NCBI GenBank assembly: GCA_005799205.1
Contig: SYHM01000181.1
Location: 1-58,654, forward strand
Direction of reading: 5' to 3'
Source: Planctomycetia bacterium
GTDB lineage: Bacteria > Planctomycetota > Phycisphaerae > Phycisphaerales > SM1A02
Length of the DNA: 58,654 nt
Part shown: positions 29,580-37,756 of the stretch, piece by piece
Layout of the letters: each line of letters opens with the position of its first letter
Position numbering within the stretch: position 1 is the first letter of the stretch
The notes under the pieces: model-generated
Database searches by the model: none
Seen by the model: the letters and a program-made list of their open reading frames with translations, nothing else
What the model was told of the DNA's origin: nothing
Program-made: the position numbers and the translations under genes

Positions 29580-30481
29580 CGCAGTGGCCCGACCAGAACC
29601 GACCGCGGCAACCCGAAAACCCTCGGCGCGTCATCGGTGGTTACAAATTCAAGCGCAAGCAGGGTGTGGCTGGTTTTTCGTGGACCGCAGATCTCTTTCT
29701 GCGCGCAGTGCTTGCAGGCGCAGACGCCGAGGCGCGCGACGAGGGACTTTCGTACGCGATCTCAGGCCAGACGGTGAAGCTGATCCCATCTGCGGGACGC
29801 ATTGACGCCGATGTTCAAGGGCGTTCGTCGCGGCCGTACAAACTCGAGCTTGTCTTTACACCATGGACCCATGACGAATGGGACCGCATCATCGCGGCAT
29901 TTTCGGCCGAGGCGCTTTTTGCTGCACGTTTTCTTGTTGGCGAATTGCCGCAGACGGTCGCTCCGCTGATCACGTCCCTTTCGATCAAGACCCCTATCGT
30001 CGCGGTGAAACCAGGCGCGAAGAGCAACAGCGATCCAGTGGTGACCTGCACCTGCGGCGAACCACAAGTCTGCAAGCACGTTGTTGCGATGTCGTACATC
30101 TTTGCCGAGCGCCTCGAAGAGGAGCCGCTCTTGCTCTTTCAACTGCGCGGGATGCCGGTCGCCCGCGTGCTTGAGCAGATTCACCAAAAGCGGACGCTCT
30201 CGACTCGGGGAGAGAATCAGGCGCACCCCCTGCCACCTGCGGCAACCGACGAATCGCTCGTCGTTCCACTTGAGAACGCGCTGCATGACTTTTGGCGGCC
30301 TGGCCGACGGCTGCACGAGCTCGAATCGCGACCAGTTCCAACACACACTCCGCACGCGCTGCTACGCCGACTCGGCGCAAGCCCGATGGGCGGACGATTT
30401 CCGCTCGTGGGTTTGCTTGCGACGATCTATGACACCGCCCGCGCGCGTGGCATCGCGCTGCGGGACCGTGATTCGCAATAG
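29576..30481 (+). CDS. SWIM zinc-finger protein
   Basis: CxC-x(n)-CxH signature VVTCTCGEPQVCKHVVAM. ATG overlaps the SNF2 stop (ATGA). Confidence 0.85.
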   Translation: MTQWPDQNRPRQPENPRRVIGGYKFKRKQGVAGFSWTADLFLRAVLAGADAEARDEGLSYAISGQTVKLIPSAGRIDADVQGRSSRPYKLELVFTPWTHDEWDRIIAAFSAEALFAARFLVGELPQTVAPLITSLSIKTPIVAVKPGAKSNSDPVVTCTCGEPQVCKHVVAMSYIFAERLEEEPLLLFQLRGMPVARVLEQIHQKRTLSTRGENQAHPLPPAATDESLVVPLENALHDFWRPGRRLHELESRPVPTHTPHALLRRLGASPMGGRFPLVGLLATIYDTARARGIALRDRDSQ

Positions 30482-30545
30482 TGACACACTGATTCACTCT
30501 CGCGGCGTCTCATTCACTGTCCGGCATCGCATACCATCGCACGAA

Positions 30546-31430
30546 ATGGCACTGCCTCGCACCTCGCCCAAAGCCCAGTCGCGCTCGATTCAGGCGGCTG
30601 CGCGGGCACTTGCGCGTGGCCGACCGCGCGAAATGCGCGCACGCGCCATCGTCCCCGACCACGACGCGGTCGCGTGGACCGCTCAGCATCTTCACCGAGT
30701 GATCTTTGGTGTGGCGGATCCTCTTGGCGGTTCGAGTGAAGTCACACTCCAGACGATCTCAGAGATTCTGATTGCCGAGATCGCCGCCGCGTTTGCGGCG
30801 ACATCGAAGGACGCCGCGACGGCTACTGCGCGTGCAACCGCCACGCTTCGTTCACTCATGCGGTCGCTTCCAAAAATCCAGCGCGCGCTGCTCATTGACC
30901 TCGAGTGCGCGTACAACCGAGATCCAGCAGCGCGCACGCGCGTCGAAATCGTCTTGTGCTATCCGGGGCTTCGCGCGCTCTGCGTGCATCGGATCGCCCA
31001 TGAACTTGATCGGATCGGAGTGCCACTCATCCCTCGAATGCTTGCTGAAAGTGCGCACGATTCGACTGGCATCGACATCCACCCAAGCGCATCGATCGGG
31101 TCTGGGTTCTTTGTCGACCACGGCACGAGTGTTGTGATCGGCGAGACGTCGGTCATCGGCAAAAACTGCACGATCTATCAGGGAGTCACGCTCGGCGCGC
31201 GTCGTTTCAATCGTGACGCGAGCGGCGCGATTCGCAAGGGCAGCAAGCGACACCCGACACTTCGGGACAATGTGACCGTCTACGCAAACGCGACGATTCT
31301 CGGAGGCGACACGATCATCGGCAAAGGATCCACGATCGCCGCAGGTGTGCTGGTGCAAGAGAGCATCCCCGCGAACTCGATTGTGAAACCAGCTCGCGTC
31401 GAGCTCACCGTCGCGCGGACTCGACGCTAG
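30546..31430 (+). CDS. cysE: Serine O-acetyltransferase
   Basis: AYNRDPAARTRVEIVLCYPGLRAL (SATase N-domain) and hexapeptide repeats GIDIHPSASIGSGFFVDHGTSVVIGETSVIG. ATG 30546 chosen; the track ORF from 30081 overlaps the SWIM gene. Confidence 0.88.
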   Translation: MALPRTSPKAQSRSIQAAARALARGRPREMRARAIVPDHDAVAWTAQHLHRVIFGVADPLGGSSEVTLQTISEILIAEIAAAFAATSKDAATATARATATLRSLMRSLPKIQRALLIDLECAYNRDPAARTRVEIVLCYPGLRALCVHRIAHELDRIGVPLIPRMLAESAHDSTGIDIHPSASIGSGFFVDHGTSVVIGETSVIGKNCTIYQGVTLGARRFNRDASGAIRKGSKRHPTLRDNVTVYANATILGGDTIIGKGSTIAAGVLVQESIPANSIVKPARVELTVARTRR

Positions 31431-33244
31431 TTGCCGCCGCCGATGGCGCCACCAGCCTGCCCGCCGCCACCGCCGCGCCCGCCCTGCCCGCCAAACCCGC
31501 CCTGCTCCTGCATCGTGCGGAACATCTCTTCGCGTTCGGTTTCATCAAGCGTGCCATCGTTGTTCTTGTCGGCCTTCTTGGCAAGGGGCTGAAAATTCTC
31601 GGGCATGTCGGCAATCTTGCCGCTGCCAAATCGATTCTGCCCTCCTCCACGCCGGCCGCCAGAACGCCGAGCTGGCAGTTTGGTTTGCTGCTCTGGGGTC
31701 AACAGTGCCTTGAGCTGATCGAGGAACTTCTTGTTGAGCTCGTCGCGCGTGTCATCGAGTTCAGCAACTGGATCTGGATCTCCAGACCGTCCCATCATGC
31801 CTCCGAATCCGAACGAAGTTCCTGACAACATCCCGATGATGCGGTCAGTCTCTTCGAGACGCTGATCTGGTTCATGCTTGCGAGTTGCTGCCACAAGCTT
31901 CTCGTTGATCACACCAAGCTCTGCGAGATACACCCCTTGCAGGTTCTGGATCGATGCCATGACATCAGCGGCGAGGTCTGCCAACTCGAGCGCCTTCGTA
32001 AACGCTTCCTGCGTTGAAGTCGTCTGGTAGATGCGCCGGAACGCCGCCTCAAGTGCCGCGCGATTGAACTTCTCGCCATCTTCAACTGGCATCGCGCCCA
32101 CGATCAGTGTTCGAAACTGATCATTGACATCACGCACGCTCTTGCGCAGCGCAACCTGCCGCTTTGCGATCGCCTTCGCTGCATCGATCTCTCCATCGAG
32201 CACGGCCCGCATCAACTTTGGCGCGCTCTGCTCGAGATACTCCTCACGGGCGCGCAGTGCGTTATCGAGCTGTACTTCGTAGTCGTCGAGCGACTTCACC
32301 GACAAATCAATCGATGGCTGCGACAACCCACTTTGATCCATCACCAACAGCAGATTCGTTCCTTCTCCTGACAGCAGCGCATTCTCCATCGTCTTCTCTC
32401 GGCGAAGAAAGCGCTGGAACTTGCTCCAGTTGGGCTTCTGGGTCTCAGTCAGTGTTCCTTCGATCCCATCGAGCACCACTTGGCGCATCTTCGACTTTTC
32501 AGTCGTCCAGCGATTGAACTCATTGAGAATCTCTTCCATGACGCCCTTCGTTTCGAGGTCGGCGCCAGTTGCCTTGCGTTGTGCGAATCGCTCAGCGCTG
32601 AACTTCGCGGTTGCCGCTGCGATGACCTTCGCACGAGTCTCTGGAGTGATTGGCCCGCCATTCTCAACCTCCATCTGCTCGATCGACTGTTGGATTGACT
32701 CCTGCATGCCGCGCATCTGTTCGCGCATGTCCCCGCCGAAGAATCCCTGAAAGAGTCGCATGGTCGCATCGCGCACCTTCGCCTGAGATTCGTCCGACGC
32801 AGGCACAAATGCGAGGTCGTAATCGTTGATCAACGTCTCAACAATCAGCATCTGTCCGTCATCGAATGAGAGCTGCTCCTTAAAAAGAGGAATGTCTCGG
32901 CGCAGAAAGTCTGGCTTGAACGAGGTCATAATCTGACCAAACGCTCCCATTCGTCCGCCAGGCCCACCCGGTCCGCCGCCACCGAATCCACCCATTCCTC
33001 GACCACCGCCTTGACCACCTTGCCCGCCTTGCCTCGCTTGACCTCCCTCTGCACCCTGAAGAATCTGCCCACCCTGCTGCCCTTGTCCCGCTGCTGGGGC
33101 GGGCGCCTGAGAGGGGGCAGCCGGCGAGCGTGTTTGCCCTGCGTCTTGCGCGCTGACTGTGAACGCAAGAGCGAGTGGAAGGAGCGAGAGTCCGACGACG
33201 GCGGATGAGCGCAAGGAAGATCGTGAGACGAGGAATCGCATCAT
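31427..33244 (-). CDS. Secreted protein with Gly/Gln-rich low-complexity ends, LTXXQ (Spy/CpxP-like) motifs and a C-terminal EF-hand loop
   Basis: Signal MMRFLVSRSSLRSSAVVGLSLLPLALAFTVSA. GGQGGQGGGRGMGGFGGGGPGGPGG. LTETQ and LTPEQQ motifs. Canonical EF loop DKNNDGTLDETE at 31535-31570. Confidence 0.7.
   Translation of the reverse strand: MMRFLVSRSSLRSSAVVGLSLLPLALAFTVSAQDAGQTRSPAAPSQAPAPAAGQGQQGGQILQGAEGGQARQGGQGGQGGGRGMGGFGGGGPGGPGGRMGAFGQIMTSFKPDFLRRDIPLFKEQLSFDDGQMLIVETLINDYDLAFVPASDESQAKVRDATMRLFQGFFGGDMREQMRGMQESIQQSIEQMEVENGGPITPETRAKVIAAATAKFSAERFAQRKATGADLETKGVMEEILNEFNRWTTEKSKMRQVVLDGIEGTLTETQKPNWSKFQRFLRREKTMENALLSGEGTNLLLVMDQSGLSQPSIDLSVKSLDDYEVQLDNALRAREEYLEQSAPKLMRAVLDGEIDAAKAIAKRQVALRKSVRDVNDQFRTLIVGAMPVEDGEKFNRAALEAAFRRIYQTTSTQEAFTKALELADLAADVMASIQNLQGVYLAELGVINEKLVAATRKHEPDQRLEETDRIIGMLSGTSFGFGGMMGRSGDPDPVAELDDTRDELNKKFLDQLKALLTPEQQTKLPARRSGGRRGGGQNRFGSGKIADMPENFQPLAKKADKNNDGTLDETEREEMFRTMQEQGGFGGQGGRGGGGGQAGGAIGGGN
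32935..33109 (-). repeat. Coding low-complexity Gly/Gln/Pro repeat region; a similar one lies at 31430-31535
   Basis: Degenerate ggc/ggt/cag codon runs (seen on the plus strand as their complements, e.g. gcc/acc/ctg) read directly. In frame within the CDS. Confidence 0.6.
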
Positions 33245-33388
33245 GGCGGACTTCTTTCGGTAGGAGAGATCACTTTCGCAAGAAACGGCGCGTGGACGAC
33301 GAATTCCACGGGTAGCGATTGTACGAACCGCCGCGCCCAATTGGCAGTTTTCTTGAGTTTCGGGACAGCGATGTGTGCGCGATCCAAC

Positions 33389-34609
33389 CTATTTTTCGGC
33401 ACTCAGGCTGTAGATCATTCCCTCTCCATCAGCGCCTCCCTCGGTTCCGCAAATGAACAGTTCGCCATCATTTGACTCGCCAAAGCTCGCTGGAAGAAAC
33501 CGTTTACTGCCTCCTACAACGCGCGGTTGCGAGACGAGTCGCCCATCAACGGCACGGAGCCCCCACATCGTGCCGAAGGCATAGTCGGCGTAGAGGTACA
33601 CACCGACGAGTGATGGGTAGCGCGTCCCTCGATACACATATCCACCAGTCACCGAGACCCCATCGCGACGCGGATACTCAGCGATCGGATCGATGAATCG
33701 CGACGATGCCTCGCTCGTATCAGGCACCCCTTCTGTTGGGTGCGAACCCTCTCGTGGACGCCATCCATAGTTTCCACCCTTCACGACGATGTCGATTTCT
33801 TCGTACAAGTTCTGACCGACATCGCCGGCGTACAGCTCTCCCGTCAAGCGATCGAAACTCATTCGCCAGACGTTGCGCAACCCATACGCGTACACCTCCT
33901 TCGCAGCTTCGGGGGTCGAAACGAATGGATTATCTGCTGGTATTCCATACAGCTTCCCCTCGGAGGGACGATCCACATCGATTCGCAGCACTTTGGCGAG
34001 GAGCGACTTCAGGTTCTGACCATTTCCCCACGGATCATTGCCTGCTCCTCCGTCACCAGTCGAGACATAGAGATACCCGTCACGGCCAAAAAGCACTGTG
34101 CCTCCGTTGTGGTTCCACGCTGGGTCTGCGACTTCGAGCAGCACTGTGAGCGAACTCGGGTCGAACGTGCCGTCGGACCCTTGGGTGATGCGTGCGAGCA
34201 CTTCACGATCGGGGTGTGTGGAGTCCTTCTTCGCGGTGTACCAGATGAATGCGAAGTGATTGACTGCGGCGTCTGGATGAAACGCAAGTGAGAGCAGCCC
34301 CTGTTCATTGAATTTGTCGAAAACTGGTCCAGATGAAAGATCGAGGACCACACGCCCGGCGCTCGATGAATCAGTTGTATCAATCTCGATCACCCGTCCA
34401 GCCTGCTCCACCACATAGAGTCGATCTGCGCGGCCAGGGCACGCAACCACCTGTACAGGTCGCTTCAGCTCGACATTCGCGAATACACGTCGCATGCGAA
34501 CACTCGGAATCGCTGCCGCAGTCCCCTTCTCGCCTTGCGGCGCGGCCTCCTGCGCGCCAATAGCCGAACACGCGAGCGCGACAATCACGAGTGAAGCAGT
34601 CCAATTCAT
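33389..34609 (-). CDS. PQQ-dependent sugar (glucose/sorbosone) dehydrogenase, beta-propeller, secreted
   Basis: Signal MNWTASLVIVALACSAIGA. EQGLLSLAFHPD, HNGGTVLFGRDGYLYVSTGDGG, GLRNVWRMSFD, GGNYGW. Confidence 0.82.
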   Translation of the reverse strand: MNWTASLVIVALACSAIGAQEAAPQGEKGTAAAIPSVRMRRVFANVELKRPVQVVACPGRADRLYVVEQAGRVIEIDTTDSSSAGRVVLDLSSGPVFDKFNEQGLLSLAFHPDAAVNHFAFIWYTAKKDSTHPDREVLARITQGSDGTFDPSSLTVLLEVADPAWNHNGGTVLFGRDGYLYVSTGDGGAGNDPWGNGQNLKSLLAKVLRIDVDRPSEGKLYGIPADNPFVSTPEAAKEVYAYGLRNVWRMSFDRLTGELYAGDVGQNLYEEIDIVVKGGNYGWRPREGSHPTEGVPDTSEASSRFIDPIAEYPRRDGVSVTGGYVYRGTRYPSLVGVYLYADYAFGTMWGLRAVDGRLVSQPRVVGGSKRFLPASFGESNDGELFICGTEGGADGEGMIYSLSAEK

Positions 34610-34673
34610 TGCAGCGATCCTATGCCGATCGCAGCGCACACGAGTGACGTAACGCAGTGACTATGCTGAAGCG

Positions 34674-35339
34674 ATGCCACACGTGCTCGTTTGTCTTTGC
34701 GCGCTTTTTCTGCCTCTCTACGGATTCTGGCAGGCTGCGCAGGCTCCGCCGAGCTCGCCCACTCCTCCTGCGCGCTTTCGCCCCCTGTTCGACGGCACCA
34801 CGCTCACGGGATGGGTCGGTGACACCGCCGGATATTCGGTGGTTGACGGAGCGATCGAGGCGGGTGCCTCTGGGACGAATCTTTTTTCCGCTGCAACGTT
34901 CGCTGATTTTCACCTCAAGTTTGAGTTCCAACTGACTCCGGGGGCGAACAACGGAATAGGAATTCGCGCTCCGCTCGAGGGTGACGCGGCCTACGAGGGA
35001 ATGGAGATCCAAGTGCTCGACAATTCATCGAGCAAGTACGCCTCGCTCGCTCCTTGGCAGTACCACGGGTCGATCTATGGAGTGGTTCCTGCGAAACGCG
35101 AACATCTGAAGCCAGTTGGCGAATGGAATCACGAAGAGATCATCGTGGATGGGTCGAAGGTTCGGGTGATACTCAACGGCACACCGATCGTTGATGCTGA
35201 CGTTTCGAAAGCTGCTCACGACGGAACGCCCGATGGCAAGCCCCATCCGGGGCTTCGAAGGCAAGCCGGCCATATCGGATTTCTTGGCCATGGCGATCGG
35301 GTGCGGTTTCGCAAGATCGAGATTGCGGAGTTGCATTGA
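34674..35339 (+). CDS. DUF1080 (3-keto-disaccharide hydrolase-like) domain protein, secreted
   Basis: Signal peptide. FDGTTLTGW, FHLKFEFQL, NNGIGIR, GHIGFLGHGDRVRFRKIEI. Confidence 0.8.
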   Translation: MPHVLVCLCALFLPLYGFWQAAQAPPSSPTPPARFRPLFDGTTLTGWVGDTAGYSVVDGAIEAGASGTNLFSAATFADFHLKFEFQLTPGANNGIGIRAPLEGDAAYEGMEIQVLDNSSSKYASLAPWQYHGSIYGVVPAKREHLKPVGEWNHEEIIVDGSKVRVILNGTPIVDADVSKAAHDGTPDGKPHPGLRRQAGHIGFLGHGDRVRFRKIEIAELH

Positions 35340-36145
35340 GCGCGGATGGTGCTGAGGGACGACTACGAGCGGCGCTCATGCGGCTCGAACGCCCACTCGC
35401 CCAAGCGGGGTTTCTGATCGGAGATGTTCGGGTGCTTGACCAAGGGGCGTGGGGACGTCTCGATGCAGCGCTCGAAGGAACTGCGCTCTCTGGAAAACTG
35501 CAGGTACACCTCAACAAGAAGGGCGACATCAGCATCGTCCCTCAGGGGAACGCCGCGTACTCGATTCGCAAGGCGCTCGAGAGCGAACCGATCACGCTTG
35601 CGCCGACAGCGTCACCGCCATTGACCGCTTCGAATGCACGCTCACTCGTGGCGCGAGAGATTTCGAGCGCACGATCACAATCTGCTCAGCCCACTCGCTC
35701 GACGGCTCGCGGAATGCCTGGCGAACTCGTCGTCGATTGCTCGAAGTATGGCAAGTCGCTCATCGGTCCGACCGAGTGGCGTGGCGTCGTGCATTCGGCA
35801 TCCCATGGGTGGCGCGAGGTCTTCCACAGCCCGCTCTACGAACGCGGGCACAACAATCTTGGCGAGTTTCTCGCGATCATTGATGCGTGCACTCGAATCG
35901 AGCGCCGTGAGATCGAATGCGCGTCACTCTGGAGCGACTCGAAGACAGCCCTCAGCTGGTTCCGAACCGGCATCATCAAGACAACGCTCGATGTAGAGGC
36001 GGTGTGCGATCCTCTTTTTGTTGAGGCGGTGCGACAAGCGCAGCAGTGGCTCGAGCAGTCGGACAGGCGCGCGTGGATGAAACTCTTCTCGCGCTGGGAC
36101 GTGACCGTGCGCGGCGAGAACCCCGCCGACTTTGGGCGAAAGTGA
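35336..36145 (+). CDS. RNase H-like protein (C-terminal RNase HI-type domain) with unrecognised ~130-aa N-terminal region
   Basis: VVDCS (D), NNLGEFLAI (E), WSDSKTALSW (D), ENPADFGRK (D) at the C-terminus. Start uncertain (TTG 35336 overlapping the upstream stop, or ATG 35378). Confidence 0.72.
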   Translation: MSADGAEGRLRAALMRLERPLAQAGFLIGDVRVLDQGAWGRLDAALEGTALSGKLQVHLNKKGDISIVPQGNAAYSIRKALESEPITLAPTASPPLTASNARSLVAREISSARSQSAQPTRSTARGMPGELVVDCSKYGKSLIGPTEWRGVVHSASHGWREVFHSPLYERGHNNLGEFLAIIDACTRIERREIECASLWSDSKTALSWFRTGIIKTTLDVEAVCDPLFVEAVRQAQQWLEQSDRRAWMKLFSRWDVTVRGENPADFGRK

Positions 36146-36150
36146 TCCCT

Positions 36151-37686
36151 TTACCCAGTTGGCGGGGCAACCGCGGCGCTGATGCGCGAGGCAAGATCGG
36201 CATGTGGAATCGTGAGGAAGACTCGGCCGAGTTCTGGATCGAAGTGTGATCCGAGGCACCGCTCAATCTCGAGCAGAACTTCCTGAATCGAGCGCGCGGG
36301 CCGATAAAACCGTGCACTGGTCATTGCATCGAAACAGTCAGCGATACAAAGCACGCGTCCGAGCTGTGAGATTTGATCGCCCTTCAGGTTGTTGGGATAC
36401 CCCTTGCCATCCCACCGTTCGTGATGCTCGAGAACGCCTGGAAGCACCTCGCGCATCTGCGGGATGTCGCGCAGGATCATGTGTCCAGTTGCGGGGTGTT
36501 CGCGGATACGCGCAAACTCGTGAGGCTCAAGGTGTGTCGGTTTTCGCAAGATCTCTTCAGGGACGCCAATCTTTCCGATGTCATGAACAAGTCCGCATAC
36601 GCGTGCTTGTTCAACATGTTCATGCGATAGATTCGCTGCGCGGGCGAGCAGCGCCGCGAATTCGCTGACGCGGTCAGAGTGGCCCCGGGTGTACGGGTCC
36701 TTCGCGTCGATGGCGGCAATCAGTGCCCGCATGGTTCCGCCAAACATCTGCTGTTGTTCGAGATCAAAGCGCTGTTGCATCTTGCCGCGCGCGATGTTCG
36801 AGAGCGACAGTCCTGTCAATCGAGCGACGGCAGCGGCAAACCCTGCCGCTTCAAGGTCGCGCGCCTCATCGCTCCCTCCTGCGCGATTATCGAGGTAGAT
36901 CCAGCCGAAAAACATCGTTCCTGCCTCAACGGGCACGCAAATCGCTTGCCGAATTGACAGCGACTCGAGACTTGCCGCGAGCGTTGCGCCTGGAGAGGCG
37001 CCGCTCTGATGCACATAGATGCCATGGCGCGCGCGCTTGAGCAGGCTGCGGCTGACCTGCAACTCACCTCGAGCCCCTGAGATCGCGCCAGTTTCTGCGA
37101 CCACCTCAATCAATCCAGTCTCGCTTGACTGACGCAGAAAGGCGACATTCACAAATCCAGTTGCCGACGAGAGAGCCTCGACGGCCGCTTGCCCAACGGA
37201 CACTTCATCTTCGGCCATCGCGATTTCTTCGCTGACTGCCAAGAGACGCACGAGCAATCCTTGGGCAAAGTCGGCTGGAGACTGAACCTCGGCGAGCGCG
37301 ACGAACTCTTCTGAAGTCTCTGGCTCGTTCACGATGGTCTGCGAACCCTCGGCGATCGTTCGATCAGTCGAAGGGCCTTCGACTTGAAATCGCCACGGGC
37401 GAATCTCGAGACTATCGGCGTGATAGAGGCGCACCTCACGGTGCTGGGTCAATTTGACGCCATTGAGATACGTTCCAGAGGTCGAACCACAGTCGCGAAT
37501 GCGCCAGTGCCCGCCGTCCTTTCCCACTCCAGGAGCCCAGTGAATCTCGGCGTGCAGTCGCGAAACCTGTCGCTGCGTGAGATGCACCCCGCACTCGGCG
37601 CTGCGACCGATCGTGATCACCCGAGGTGGAACGAGCTGCACTTCGAGATCTCCGTCGACTGAATTCCCGAGGAGTCTCCAAGGCAT
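36151..37686 (-). CDS. FHA - GAF - HD-GYP domain protein (putative c-di-GMP phosphodiesterase)
   Basis: FHA: ITIGRSAECGVHLTQRQVSRLHAEI...GTYLNG. Central GAF-like region. HD-GYP: HDIGKIGVPEEIL and HHERWDGKGYP. Confidence 0.85.
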   Translation of the reverse strand: MPWRLLGNSVDGDLEVQLVPPRVITIGRSAECGVHLTQRQVSRLHAEIHWAPGVGKDGGHWRIRDCGSTSGTYLNGVKLTQHREVRLYHADSLEIRPWRFQVEGPSTDRTIAEGSQTIVNEPETSEEFVALAEVQSPADFAQGLLVRLLAVSEEIAMAEDEVSVGQAAVEALSSATGFVNVAFLRQSSETGLIEVVAETGAISGARGELQVSRSLLKRARHGIYVHQSGASPGATLAASLESLSIRQAICVPVEAGTMFFGWIYLDNRAGGSDEARDLEAAGFAAAVARLTGLSLSNIARGKMQQRFDLEQQQMFGGTMRALIAAIDAKDPYTRGHSDRVSEFAALLARAANLSHEHVEQARVCGLVHDIGKIGVPEEILRKPTHLEPHEFARIREHPATGHMILRDIPQMREVLPGVLEHHERWDGKGYPNNLKGDQISQLGRVLCIADCFDAMTSARFYRPARSIQEVLLEIERCLGSHFDPELGRVFLTIPHADLASRISAAVAPPTG

Positions 37687-37756
37687 GAGGTTGATTATGC
37701 CATGCGCGCCGTGACTGCGTCCACCCCTCGGAGACGGCCGTCCCCCGAAGGCGGGG

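Noticed and set aside
24142-30481. Calling methyltransferase + SNF2 helicase a DISARM- or BREX-like defence system
   Set aside because: The required partners are absent: DrmA/DrmB/DrmC for DISARM, or PglZ/BrxC/BrxL for BREX. A tRNA gene and opposite orientation separate the MTase from the helicase. Only a loose defence-adjacent hypothesis is kept.
30081-30545. N-terminal 155-aa extension of the cysE ORF, overlapping the SWIM gene in another frame
   Set aside because: The extension is Arg/Ser/Cys-rich with no SAT homology. The SWIM-gene frame carries the real signal, and ATG 30546 gives a normal-length CysE.
31430-31535. Degenerate GGC/GGT/CAG-type repeats (also 32935-33109) as a tandem-repeat locus or CRISPR-like array
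   Set aside because: The repeats are short, degenerate codon-level repeats in frame within one CDS, encoding Gly/Gln-rich tracts. There is no repeat-spacer periodicity.
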